64,000 bases of DNA from Vulcanimicrobiota bacterium (GTDB lineage: Bacteria > Vulcanimicrobiota > Vulcanimicrobiia > Vulcanimicrobiales > Vulcanimicrobiaceae), in contig PLWS01000001.1 of the NCBI GenBank assembly GCA_003151115.1, positions 51,438-115,437 on the forward strand, written 5' to 3'. The notes beneath the pieces are model-generated. The model had not been told where the DNA came from. It made no database searches and was given only the letters and a program-made list of their open reading frames with translations. How positions within the stretch are numbered: position 1 is the first letter of the stretch; every line of letters starts with the position of its first letter. The position numbers and the translations under genes were made by a program. Positions 21,096-29,329 of the stretch are shown piece by piece.

Positions 21096-22201
21096 CAGCT
21101 TGGGCCCGGAATCACGCGCGCGTCGCGGATCTCGTAGACTGATGCCAAGGAGAGCGCGCCCGGCAGCTGCGTAGCCGTGATGAACGCCTGTTCGAACTCG
21201 CCGACGCCTTCCAAAAACGCGCGCGCACGCTGCGGATCGAGCTCGGAAAGAACGTCATCCAGCAGCAAGAGCGGGGCTTCGCCCGAGCGTTCGTGCATGA
21301 CGGCGTATTCGCCAACCTTGACCGCAAGTACCGCCGTCCGCTGCTGGCCTTGCGAACCGAATGCCGCGAGCGAACGGCCATCCAAATCGAGCGCGAGATC
21401 GTCGCGGTGCGGGCCGACCAGTGCGACCCGGCGCAGCCGTTCCATCTCGGCGCCGGCGCGCAAGCGCTCTTCAAAGCTCCCCGCGATCGAGTCTTCGGTT
21501 TCGGCTTCGAACTGCACGTTCGGACGGTACGTCAATTCCAAGTGCTCGCGGCCGTCGCTCCAGCGAGCGTGGACTTTCGACGCCGCCGCTCCCAACGCGC
21601 GCACGAAATGATTGCGCGCAATCATCAGCGCCGTCCCCGAGGTCACGAGCGTCTCGTCGTAGATCTTCAACAGCTCGGGATCCGGCGCGGCCTCGGCGCG
21701 CAGCAGCGCGGTCTTTTGCGAGAGCGCCTTCTGGTAGCGCGCCAACTCGCGGTAGTACGACTTCTGTTCCTGCGCGAGGGCGCTGTTCAGGAACGACCGC
21801 CTCACCGACGGCGGCCCGTCGACCAGATGCAGATCGGCCGGCACGAAGCTCACGACGCGCAAACTCCCGAGAAAGGTCGCGTAACGCACACTGCGGCCGT
21901 TCACGGTGTAGAGCTTGCGCGAGCCGCGCGGCGTTGCCGTCAGCGTGCAGCCCAGACGTATGGCGCCGGCTTTTACGTGCGCTTCGCCGGAAATGGTCGC
22001 GAGTTCGAAGCCGTCGCGGATCAGATCGCGCTCGCGGTTCGTTCGAAAAGATTTGCCCGTTCCAAGCAGCGAGATCGCCTCGAGCAGATTACTCTTGCCT
22101 TGCGCGTTGGCTCCCACGAAAACGTTCAATCCGGGAGCCGGCTGCAGCTCGAGGTGCGCGTAGTTGCGCACGTTCGAGAGCGTCAGCGAATCCAGCCTAA
22201 T
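21095..22201 (-). CDS. recF: DNA replication/repair protein RecF (start proposed at a non-canonical ATT)
   Basis: ORF track starts at GTG 22171 (MRNYAHLELQPAPGLNVFVGANAQGKSNLLEAI..). The in-frame upstream codons read I-R-L-D-S-L-T-L-S-N-V-RNY, which is the conserved RecF N-terminus. ATT 22201..22199 overlaps the TAG stop of the upstream gene. Confidence 0.9.
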
Positions 22202-23681
22202 AGTCGGCGGGTTCGGTCGGAGGCTTCTGATGCATGATAGCGGTCACCGTCAGCGTGGTCGAAATTGGTTTAAAGACCGACGGCGACTGCGTGAAATCGA
22301 ACATGTCGTCGAGCGCGTCAGCGCGCGCGTCGGCGGTATACGTTTGAATTGAGGTCAGCCCGAAGATCTTTTCGATAAAGTGCAGGCTGCTGGCGACTTC
22401 GTGCTGCGTGTGCGACACATAGTTGTGCTTCGAGTACGGCGACACCACGATCAGTATGGTGCGAATGCCGAGGCCCTCATACGCGCCGGTCCGCGCGTCG
22501 GCGACTTGCGGCGGCACGACGTGATCGTACCAGCCGCCCCAGTCGTCGTACATGATGATGATGGCCGTGTTGTTCCAATACTTGCTCTTGCCGACGGCAT
22601 TGATGATGTTGGCAACCCATTGCGGGCCGGTCGTGCTGAGCGAGCCGGCGTGATCGGAGTTCAAGAACGACGGCATGACCCAGGAAACTTGCGGCAGATT
22701 GCCGGCAGCGAGGTCGGTAAAGAACGTGCTCTCCGGTGATTTGACGTTGCGCACCCAATCGGCGCCGAATCTGACCGGATAGATGACGTCGAAGGCCGAC
22801 CAGATGTCGCCCAGATTCAATCCGATCGTCGGGCTGTAAAATCCCCACGAAATGCCCTTGTTGTCGAGTTGCGTTGCGATCGTGCTGTATGAAAAGCATG
22901 GGAACGGCCCCGGTAATTCCATTCCAAACTGCGTCGGAAACGGAAAGTACGCCGGCGGCGGGTTGACGAGCTGCAAAACAGCGGTCGTGGTCGCGGCCGG
23001 TGCGTCGCATCCCCACGTTTGGTTGAAGTCGCTGGGAATTTCTGCCACGTGGCCGGATTCGCCGGCGATCATGTATTGATGCGAAACGTAGCTCGGACCG
23101 TTGTTGGAGGGAAAGAAATTGTCGCCGATCGCGTACTGCGCTGCCATATCCCAATAGGGCTGCACTTCAGTTCTCGGCACGTATGAGTAAGCCAGCGGAA
23201 AACTGTTGCCGTCCGGATTTTTGCCCGGGTCCGTCGATCCCGATGGGTAGAAATGCGTCCCGTAGACCCAGCAGGACGGATCGTTCAGGTAATCCTTTGA
23301 GGGACAAGGGCATATTGCGCTGACGCCGCAAAAACCGAAGATCTCCTTGTCGAAACCGTCCATCTTCCCACCATCGTAGTTGGCCAGGAATTGAATCCGC
23401 AGGTGATTGATGTCAACGGGATTGGCAAGACTGACCGGCACCAGCGTGCGCGTGATGCCCTTTGAATCGACTCCCGAGCTCACGGTGTTCGCTCCGGGAT
23501 AGCCTTGGAAGACGCCGTCGAACGTCCGGTTCTCTTGCATGATCACGACGACGTGTTGAATGAGCGGGCCGGCCGGCGTCGAGGTCGGAATCACAGGCCC
23601 CGGAAGGCCGGTGCCACCGCCGTTGCAAGCGGTCAGCGTCGTTACGGCCACCGCCGTTGCAAGGGCGAGACAGCGCCGCAT
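22197..23681 (-). CDS. Secreted phosphoesterase-family lipoprotein (phospholipase C / AcpA-like)
   Basis: ORF 22197..23690; I prefer ATG 23681, giving MRRCLALATAVAVTTLTAC (lipobox). HVVVIMQENRTFDGVFQGYPG is the phosphoesterase-family signature. Also ..MYDDWGGWYDHV.. Confidence 0.8.
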   Translation of the reverse strand: MRRCLALATAVAVTTLTACNGGGTGLPGPVIPTSTPAGPLIQHVVVIMQENRTFDGVFQGYPGANTVSSGVDSKGITRTLVPVSLANPVDINHLRIQFLANYDGGKMDGFDKEIFGFCGVSAICPCPSKDYLNDPSCWVYGTHFYPSGSTDPGKNPDGNSFPLAYSYVPRTEVQPYWDMAAQYAIGDNFFPSNNGPSYVSHQYMIAGESGHVAEIPSDFNQTWGCDAPAATTTAVLQLVNPPPAYFPFPTQFGMELPGPFPCFSYSTIATQLDNKGISWGFYSPTIGLNLGDIWSAFDVIYPVRFGADWVRNVKSPESTFFTDLAAGNLPQVSWVMPSFLNSDHAGSLSTTGPQWVANIINAVGKSKYWNNTAIIIMYDDWGGWYDHVVPPQVADARTGAYEGLGIRTILIVVSPYSKHNYVSHTQHEVASSLHFIEKIFGLTSIQTYTADARADALDDMFDFTQSPSVFKPISTTLTVTAIMHQKPPTEPADY

Positions 23682-23689
23682 GATGCCCA

Positions 23690-24805
23690 CTATTGCCGCA
23701 GCGGCATCAAGACGTACAGTTGCTGCGCACCCTCCGTCGGCTCGACCGGTTTGATCGCTGCCGGCGAAAGCGGTCCCAGGAATTCCATCACGGTTTGCGC
23801 GCTCTCGATGTGATTCAAAATCTCCACGAGATAACGCGCATTGAAGGCGATCGTTAAATCTTCGCCTTGCTGTTCGACCTCGAGTTCTTCGTACGCGTTG
23901 CCCGAAACGTCAGAGCTTGCAGTGACGATCAGCGTTTGATTTGAAACGGCCAACTTTACCATGCTCGCGCGATCGCCGGCGACCAGTTCGGCGCGGCGCA
24001 GCGCGGCGATCAAACTCGGCGTGCTGACGGTCATCGAGCGATCGAACTTTGCCGGGATCACTTGTCCGTAGTTCGGGTATTGTCCATCCACGAGCCGCAC
24101 CGTAATCGATGCGTCACCCGCGGAAAACATCAGCTGGTTGCTTTGCGCGCCGAGCGCGGTGACGTCGACGAATTCCGCGCCGCCCAGATTGCGTGCAGCC
24201 TCGATGAGCGCTCGCGAAGGCACGATGTATTTTTCGCTGCCGGAGATTCCGCTCTCGAGAGTCGTTTGATACTTTGCCAGGCGATAGCCGTCGGTGGCGA
24301 CCAGAGTGATCGAGTCGCCTTCGATTTCGAGCAGCGTCCCCATCAGGACGGCGCCGCGCGCTTCTTCGCTCGAGGCCGCAAAGATCGCGGCATTCACGCC
24401 GTCGCGAAAGCGTTTGGCCGAGATCCGGAAGTTCTGACCTTTTTGAGCCGCGGGAAGCGGCGGATACTCTTCGGCCGGCAAGGCGTGGAAATCGTAACTG
24501 CTGCGCTCGTATTTAACGCTGGCGCGGGTCGGCGTTCCGGTCAATTCCATGAGTCCGGCTTGCAGGTTGCCTAAATAGCTGCTGAACAGTTTGGCCGGAA
24601 CCGTCACGCTGCCCGATTCGCTGACCTCGGCCGGAAAGGCGTGCTCGAGCGTCACTTCGAGATCGGTCGCGCGCACCGAGATTTTGCCCCCGTCTGCGCT
24701 AAGCAGCACATTGGACAAGATCGGAACGGTCGTATGCGCGTTGACGACCTTGCTGGCGGCGCCGACTGCGCCGGAGATATCTTTCGTGTTACAGGTGAAC
24801 TTCAT
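23690..24805 (-). CDS. dnaN: DNA polymerase III beta sliding clamp
   Basis: 371 aa. MKFTCNTKDISGAVGAASKVVNAHTTVPILSNVLLSADGGKISVRATDLEV.., ending ..YVLMPLRQ. Confidence 0.96.
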   Translation of the reverse strand: MKFTCNTKDISGAVGAASKVVNAHTTVPILSNVLLSADGGKISVRATDLEVTLEHAFPAEVSESGSVTVPAKLFSSYLGNLQAGLMELTGTPTRASVKYERSSYDFHALPAEEYPPLPAAQKGQNFRISAKRFRDGVNAAIFAASSEEARGAVLMGTLLEIEGDSITLVATDGYRLAKYQTTLESGISGSEKYIVPSRALIEAARNLGGAEFVDVTALGAQSNQLMFSAGDASITVRLVDGQYPNYGQVIPAKFDRSMTVSTPSLIAALRRAELVAGDRASMVKLAVSNQTLIVTASSDVSGNAYEELEVEQQGEDLTIAFNARYLVEILNHIESAQTVMEFLGPLSPAAIKPVEPTEGAQQLYVLMPLRQ

Positions 24806-24833
24806 TCCACACTCATTGCTGTCGTCGTTCGCT

Positions 24834-24870
24834 CTTTATTATAAAAAGATCTAATAGTATTAGTAGTAAG
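24834..24870. promoter_or_regulatory. AT-rich stretch in the dnaA-dnaN spacer, candidate DNA-unwinding element
   Basis: tttattataaaaagatctaatagtattagtagtaag is by far the most AT-rich run I saw in this high-GC window. It lies between dnaA and dnaN, as incC/DUE does in Bacillus-type origins. Confidence 0.45.
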
Positions 24871-24991
24871 GCGGTGCATTCTGCGAAGAAGCCCCGATTC
24901 GCTTGCTACGATGCGGGTTTGTGCCCGGCATAACCTGTGCAAGACCTTGGGGAGTTCCTACACATTTACACCGCCGGCCGCCTCCGGCCAG

Positions 24992-25000
24992 TTATCCACG
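24992..25000 (+). promoter_or_regulatory. DnaA-box-like 9-mer TTATCCACG
   Basis: One mismatch to TTATCCACA. In the dnaA-dnaN spacer, about 120 bp from the AT-rich stretch. Confidence 0.45.
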
Positions 25001-25048
25001 CGTTCAAAGCCGCCCTGTGCACCATACCGTGTATTAGATGTAGAAACG

Positions 25049-26419
25049 CTAGTCGGTCTGGCAGAGCGCCAGGAGCGAGCGGATCTTGTTGCGGTAGGCT
25101 TCGTCGCGCTGCATTTGGTCCTTCACTTTATCCCGCGCGTACATCACCGTCGTGTGGTCCTTCTTGTTGAACTCTCGCGCGATGTGGGGCAGAGAGCAGT
25201 CGGTCAGCTCGGTGCAGACGAACATCGCGATCTGGCGCGGTCCGGCCACCCGCTGGTCGCGCCGGTGGTTGTCCATCTCCTTGATAGTCAACCCGTGCGC
25301 CTTGGCGATCTTGTCTTTGATGGTATCGATGGTCACGCGCCGCAGCGGCATCTGGGCGACCGCGTTCTTGAGCACTTCGGCTGCGAGGTCGACCGTGATG
25401 GAAGACTTCGTTAGCGACGAAAACGCGACCACGCGAATTAGCGCGCCTTCGAGCTCGCGGATGTTGGACGGAATGACTTTCGCGATGTACGACGTCACTT
25501 CGTCGGGCACGGGAATCTTCTCCGACTCCGCCTTCTTGCGCAGAATCGCTTCGCGCGTTTCCAAATCGGGCGGCTGAATATCGGTGAGCAGTCCCCATTC
25601 GAACCGCGAGCGCAGACGATTTTCCAGCGTCTGAATCTCTTTGGGCGGCCGATCGCTGGAGATGACGAGCTGGCGCCCGGATTCATGCAGCGCGTTGAAT
25701 GTGTGGAAGAACTCTTCTTGCGTGCCTTCCTTGCCTTCCAAGAATTGGATGTCGTCGATCAGCAACACGTCGACCAAACGGTACTTGTTGCGAAACTCGA
25801 GCGTCTTGTTGTTTTGCACCGCGATGATGAACTCGTTCGTGAATTTTTCGCTCGACACGTACACGACGTTGGCGTCGGGAATATCTTGCAGCACGCGATG
25901 ACCGATCGCGTGCATGAGGTGCGTTTTGCCCAACCCCACGCCGCCGTAGAGGAAGAGCGGATTGTACGCGCGGGCCGGAGCGGCTGCGACCGCCTGCGCG
26001 GCTGCGTGCGCGAACCGGTTGGAGTTGCCGATGACGAACTCTTCAAACGTGTAGCGCGTATTCAGATTGCCGGGGCGGAAGTCGGTTTGCAGGCGGGCGC
26101 CGCCGGTAGCGGGCGCTGCGGCCCCCTCGGGAGCGGGCGTTTCGCCGGGTTGTTCGACGATCACGAACTGCAGCTCGAAAACGGTGCCGAATGTTTCGGC
26201 GAGCGCTTCGACGATCTGCACTTTGAGGCGGTTCTCAACCCACTCGCGGGCAAATGTGTTCTGGACCGCCAGCAGCAGTTCGTTTCCGTTGAGGGAAACC
26301 AGCCGGAGCGGCTTGATCCACATCTCGTAGATCGGTTTGGAGAATTTTCGTTCTAGCGCTTGAAGTGCGGATTGCCACAGTTCATTGGAAATATCGGTGT
26401 TTCCAGCCGCAAGCGCCAT
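25049..26419 (-). CDS. dnaA: Chromosomal replication initiator DnaA
   Basis: ORF 25049..26467 (TTG); I prefer ATG 26419 ([16 protein letters not shown]..). AAA+ motifs [16 protein letters not shown] and [14 protein letters not shown]-terminal DnaA-box-binding domain ..[12 protein letters not shown].. Confidence 0.96.
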   Translation of the reverse strand: MALAAGNTDISNELWQSALQALERKFSKPIYEMWIKPLRLVSLNGNELLLAVQNTFAREWVENRLKVQIVEALAETFGTVFELQFVIVEQPGETPAPEGAAAPATGGARLQTDFRPGNLNTRYTFEEFVIGNSNRFAHAAAQAVAAAPARAYNPLFLYGGVGLGKTHLMHAIGHRVLQDIPDANVVYVSSEKFTNEFIIAVQNNKTLEFRNKYRLVDVLLIDDIQFLEGKEGTQEEFFHTFNALHESGRQLVISSDRPPKEIQTLENRLRSRFEWGLLTDIQPPDLETREAILRKKAESEKIPVPDEVTSYIAKVIPSNIRELEGALIRVVAFSSLTKSSITVDLAAEVLKNAVAQMPLRRVTIDTIKDKIAKAHGLTIKEMDNHRRDQRVAGPRQIAMFVCTELTDCSLPHIAREFNKKDHTTVMYARDKVKDQMQRDEAYRNKIRSLLALCQTD

Positions 26420-26548
26420 CCTAATTCCGTCCCGTCGTCGTCTAGTTCGGAACTCCGCCACCGACAAAAGTCTAACGGCGGGGTCCCTTCTTGGAGGCGC
26501 ACAGGTTGGCGCTATCGGGGTCGTATCCTGCGGTAAATTAAGAGATTC

Positions 26549-26726
26549 TTATCCACTTATCCACAGGTGTAGAACCATCGATTTTTCGGGTGAAAACACA
26601 CATATTCCACCGCTGCGCCACATGTATTGACAAGCGGAAAAATGCCCGCCGTGCCGGGCTTTTCGGCGCAAGTCTAGCAAGCGTCCGCGAAGCGCTGTCC
26701 ACAGCCTTTTCCACAAGTGTGGAGAG
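26549..26726. promoter_or_regulatory. Cluster of DnaA-box-like 9-mers upstream of dnaA (oriC candidate)
   Basis: Tandem TTATCCAC-TTATCCACA at 26549-26565 (the second is a perfect consensus). CTGTCCACA at 26695-26703. TTTTCCACA at 26707-26715. Inverted CTCTCCACA at 26718-26726. All genes to the left are on the minus strand and all to the right on the plus strand. Confidence 0.65.
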
Positions 26727-26753
26727 CGGCCGTTTCTCAAGGTAGTGGTCCCT

Positions 26754-26837
26754 TTTGCTTGACGACCCCAATCGGGAGCTCTATACTAGTCCGCTTTACG
26801 AGAAAGGTCGGGATTTTACGTACGAAAGATTGACAAA
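26754..26837 (+). repeat. Direct repeat, left copy (84 bp), carrying a TTGACG-17-TATACT promoter
   Basis: 79/84 identical, ungapped, to 30123-30206 (hand alignment). -35 at 26759-26764, -10 at 26782-26787. A second TTGACA at 26830-26835. An extra shared 11-mer ccgtttctcaa lies just upstream (26730-26740 and 30110-30120). Confidence 0.9.
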
Positions 26838-26867
26838 TGGCCTGGGTCGGTGTGGTAAGCTGGGGCT

Positions 26868-27032
26868 ATGAAGGAACCGGATCGCAAGCGTCCCGAGGAC
26901 GCAAACCAGTCCGCCGCGAGGGTGGTCCGAGAAGCCACAGGCGGGTGGTATTGCCCCGCTTGTGAGCCGGAGCGCCTTCCGTCCTCAGAACAAGGCAAGC
27001 CCCACAAGCATACCTGCGGACGCGAAAACTAG
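26868..27032 (+). CDS. Hypothetical 54-aa Zn-ribbon-like protein (below the ORF-track size cutoff)
   Basis: Hand translation: MKEPDRKRPEDANQSAARVVREATGGWYCPACEPERLPSSEQGKPHKHTCGREN*. Has CPAC plus HKHTC. Third-position G+C is roughly two-thirds. Lies about 80 nt downstream of the left-repeat promoter. Confidence 0.4.
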   Translation: MKEPDRKRPEDANQSAARVVREATGGWYCPACEPERLPSSEQGKPHKHTCGREN

Positions 27033-27053
27033 CTGAAAGACCCAGAATCGCCT

Positions 27054-27194
27054 TTGGAGGGAACGCTCCGAGGTTGCGGGTCGGTAGCGGGTATCGTCCT
27101 CGGCGTCGTCCTCGCCGTCGTCCTCGGCGTGATCGTAATCCTGGCGCTGCTTTTAAACCAACCCTACTGCCGGCATCACCCCTGCTTACCATAA
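27054..27194 (+). CDS. Hypothetical 46-aa single-TM peptide (below the ORF-track size cutoff)
   Basis: TTG start within ttTGGAGGg. Hand translation: (M)EGTLRGCGSVAGIVLGVVLAVVLGVIVILALLLNQPYCRHHPCLP*. The hydrophobic core is encoded by a 3 x 12-bp tandem repeat (27095-27130). Third-position G+C is high. Confidence 0.35.
   Translation: MEGTLRGCGSVAGIVLGVVLAVVLGVIVILALLLNQPYCRHHPCLP
27095..27130 (+). repeat. 3 x 12-bp tandem repeat cgtcctcg(g/c)cgt
   Basis: cgtcctcggcgt / cgtcctcgccgt / cgtcctcggcgt, read directly. In frame it encodes the VLGV/VLAV units of the putative TM peptide. Confidence 0.9.
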
Positions 27195-27199
27195 CGGTC

Positions 27200-28228
27200 T
27201 TAGCCGTCATCCTCGGGCACTTGTTCTTTGCCCCACTCTAGCAACGGAAGATTTAGGTTCTCGGCGTGACGCGGAAGATATTTGTCCATCGACGTTTTGA
27301 AGTCGTCCCAATTCTCTGAGCCCCGCATGATCGTGACCACGGTCGCAAGGTGTTGGTTCAAAGCCGGGACGCCGAAATCTTCAGTCAGAAATTGCGTGTG
27401 CTTGTGACGCCGATGCTTCCCGACTTTCGGGTTGAGCTGTTCGAGTTTCGGTAGAATCCCCGGCGTGAGCCGGGCGTAAACATAATCCTTCGTGTAGTGC
27501 GCGACTATACCGGGCGGGTTAATTGAGCGGCCTTTCCAGGTCCATCCGCGCAACCGGAAGATTTGTTCGTAGAACTCGTCGGGAAAAAGTTTAGTCCATC
27601 GCGCCAATTCCTCTCGCAGAAAGCGTTGCAGTAGCGTTTGCAACAGCTCTGCGCGTGTATATCCGGTCGCCTCGTCAATCAAGGCGATAATCCCGACTTT
27701 GGCTACTGCTCGAACGATGACATCGGCCCTGATTGCAACGTCGGCGTAAACGTCGTCCAGCGTTTTGTTATCGCGAGAGCTTAGTACGGCGTTACAAACA
27801 TCGACAAGCAGCGGGGCCTTGTATGTAAAAGCGAGCGGCCCGCCTCGCGGTTGCCGCATGCGAAGCGGATTTCGCAAGGCCGCGACAGTTTCAGCGGACA
27901 TATACGCTTCGAGGTGCGCGTGGGTGATAAAGCGGTCCATCTCACCGCCGCGTGACGTGATTCCCAGGGCGTCGAAGAAACCGCGCTGCGAGAGTACGCG
28001 TTCGGTGTCTTCGAGGACGTAGCAAGGGACCTTAACTCCGCCGATAAGCAGCGGGTGTTCCTCGTCGCCATACTCCGCCACACGGATACTCGGGTCCCAA
28101 CGAGCGGCCGCGCCGCGCTTCCCGATCTCGCTACGTCGCTTGGCCGGTAGAGCTTTAGCCCTGGCTTCGCCACCACGCGCTCGGCCTGGTTTCTGCGCGT
28201 CGGAATCTTGAGGCATATCTTTATCCAT
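27200..28228 (-). CDS. P63C-domain-like phage protein
   Basis: ORF 27200..28447 trimmed to ATG 28228 (MDKDMPQDSD..), 342 aa. N-terminal basic motif ARGGEARAKALPAKRRSEIGKRGAAARW. Core ..IALIDEATGY..LFPDEFYEQIFRLRGW..YARLTPGILPKLEQLNP..HTQFLTEDFG..L..HL..V..IMR.. matches my memory of the P63C family. Confidence 0.55.
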   Translation of the reverse strand: MDKDMPQDSDAQKPGRARGGEARAKALPAKRRSEIGKRGAAARWDPSIRVAEYGDEEHPLLIGGVKVPCYVLEDTERVLSQRGFFDALGITSRGGEMDRFITHAHLEAYMSAETVAALRNPLRMRQPRGGPLAFTYKAPLLVDVCNAVLSSRDNKTLDDVYADVAIRADVIVRAVAKVGIIALIDEATGYTRAELLQTLLQRFLREELARWTKLFPDEFYEQIFRLRGWTWKGRSINPPGIVAHYTKDYVYARLTPGILPKLEQLNPKVGKHRRHKHTQFLTEDFGVPALNQHLATVVTIMRGSENWDDFKTSMDKYLPRHAENLNLPLLEWGKEQVPEDDG

Positions 28229-28264
28229 GCTTGCATTGTACCACGGATATGCTATAATGCAAGC
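28229..28264. promoter_or_regulatory. Perfect 9-bp inverted repeat (GCTTGCATT..AATGCAAGC) overlapping a TTGCAT-16-TATAAT promoter
   Basis: Arms at 28229-28237 and 28256-28264. -35 TTGCAT at 28231-28236 and -10 TATAAT at 28253-28258, facing the transposase gene. Abuts the ATG of the divergent P63C gene. Confidence 0.55.
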
Positions 28265-28337
28265 ATACCGCAAAGCGATGGTTGCAAAGTACGGGGCAAA
28301 TTGGCCCGTTTCCTGCGCAACGAAAGGGTAACAGGCC

Positions 28338-29204
28338 ATGAACCGCCTCCCGCTTGAAGACCGCGTCCGCGCCCTAGCCGCCCTGGTAGAGGGCAATTCC
28401 ATTCGCGGTACGGCCCGGATGGTCGGCCTGGACAAGAAAACGGTCATGCGGCTCTTGGAGGAGGTCGGAGACGCCTGCGACCTTTACCAGCACGACAACC
28501 TGCGCAACCTAAGCTGCGTTCGCGTCCAATGCGATGAGGTATGGTCCTTCTGCCACGCTAAAGAGCGCAACATTCGACCCGACAAGAAACGCCGGGATAT
28601 TGGCGACGTTTGGACCTGGACGGCAATAGACGCCAATACGAAGCTTATTATCACTTGGCACGTTGGGAAGCGGACGCATTGGGATGCGCGTCGTTTCATC
28701 CACGATCTCTCGCGACGCATCAAGTCTTTCGTGCAAATCACGACGGACGGCCTCAATATGTATATTGACCCTATCATAAAAGAATTCAAGTATCGCGCCG
28801 ACTACGGTCAGGATGTAAAAGTCTTTGGGCATGAGCCGATCCCGGAGGTAGCGAGGGGTCAAGATTCACGCTACAGCCCGCCGAAGCTCCTGGAAATGCG
28901 ACGGACGCAAGTGTGGGGCGTTCCCGATCTAGGTACTACCTCAACGGCCTATGTCGAGCGGCAGAATCTTACCATGCGTATGTCCATGCGCCGCTTCACG
29001 CGCTTGACCAATGCGTTCTCGAAAAAGATTATCAACCACCAGCGAGCGTTGGCGCTTCACTTCATGCACTACAACTTTTGCCGCGTTCATCAAACGCTTA
29101 AGACGACGCCAGCAATAAAACACGGCCTTACGGATCGCATTTGGACGTTGCATGACTTGGCGCGATTGCCAGAATTGATACGCGGTGAGGGAGCCGCCGC
29201 TTAA
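28338..29204 (+). CDS. IS1-family DDE transposase with an N-terminal HTH
   Basis: 288 aa. ..LVEGNSIRGTARMVGLDKKTVMRLL.. (HTH), CDEVWSF, TWTAIDANTKL, QITTDGLNMY, STAYVERQNLTMRMSMRRFTRLTNAFSKKIINHQRALALHFMHYNFCRVHQTLKTTPA. I could not find terminal inverted repeats by eye. Confidence 0.75.
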   Translation: MNRLPLEDRVRALAALVEGNSIRGTARMVGLDKKTVMRLLEEVGDACDLYQHDNLRNLSCVRVQCDEVWSFCHAKERNIRPDKKRRDIGDVWTWTAIDANTKLIITWHVGKRTHWDARRFIHDLSRRIKSFVQITTDGLNMYIDPIIKEFKYRADYGQDVKVFGHEPIPEVARGQDSRYSPPKLLEMRRTQVWGVPDLGTTSTAYVERQNLTMRMSMRRFTRLTNAFSKKIINHQRALALHFMHYNFCRVHQTLKTTPAIKHGLTDRIWTLHDLARLPELIRGEGAAA

Positions 29205-29211
29205 AAGAATG

Positions 29212-29232
29212 AGGGAGCGTAGTTACCGCTCC
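29212..29232 (+). terminator. Stem-loop after the transposase gene (GGGAGCG-tagttac-CGCTCCC)
   Basis: Perfect 7-bp GC-rich stem, 8 nt after the stop. No clear U-tract. A second hairpin, TCCCC-ttgc-GGGGA, lies at 29253-29266 between the convergent genes. Confidence 0.4.
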
Positions 29233-29329
29233 CGCATCCGACTGCCCGTGCTATCCCCTTGCGGGGAAGTGCCAGTGGGCCCTTATCACTCGGCCAGAAC
29301 CTTCAGTCTCAGTATAGCTGAACATTAGC

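Noticed and set aside
27095-27130. Short tandem repeat that could be mistaken for a mini CRISPR or VNTR
   Set aside because: Only three 12-bp units with no spacers. The repeat is in frame within a hydrophobic mini-ORF, so it is not a CRISPR array.
26866-27210. 114-aa minus-strand ORF at the left end of the island
   Set aside because: Extremely Arg-rich (RRGRRRGRRRGR) with no motif. It is the antisense shadow of the two plus-strand mini-ORFs, whose frames have the expected G/C-rich third positions and a promoter upstream.
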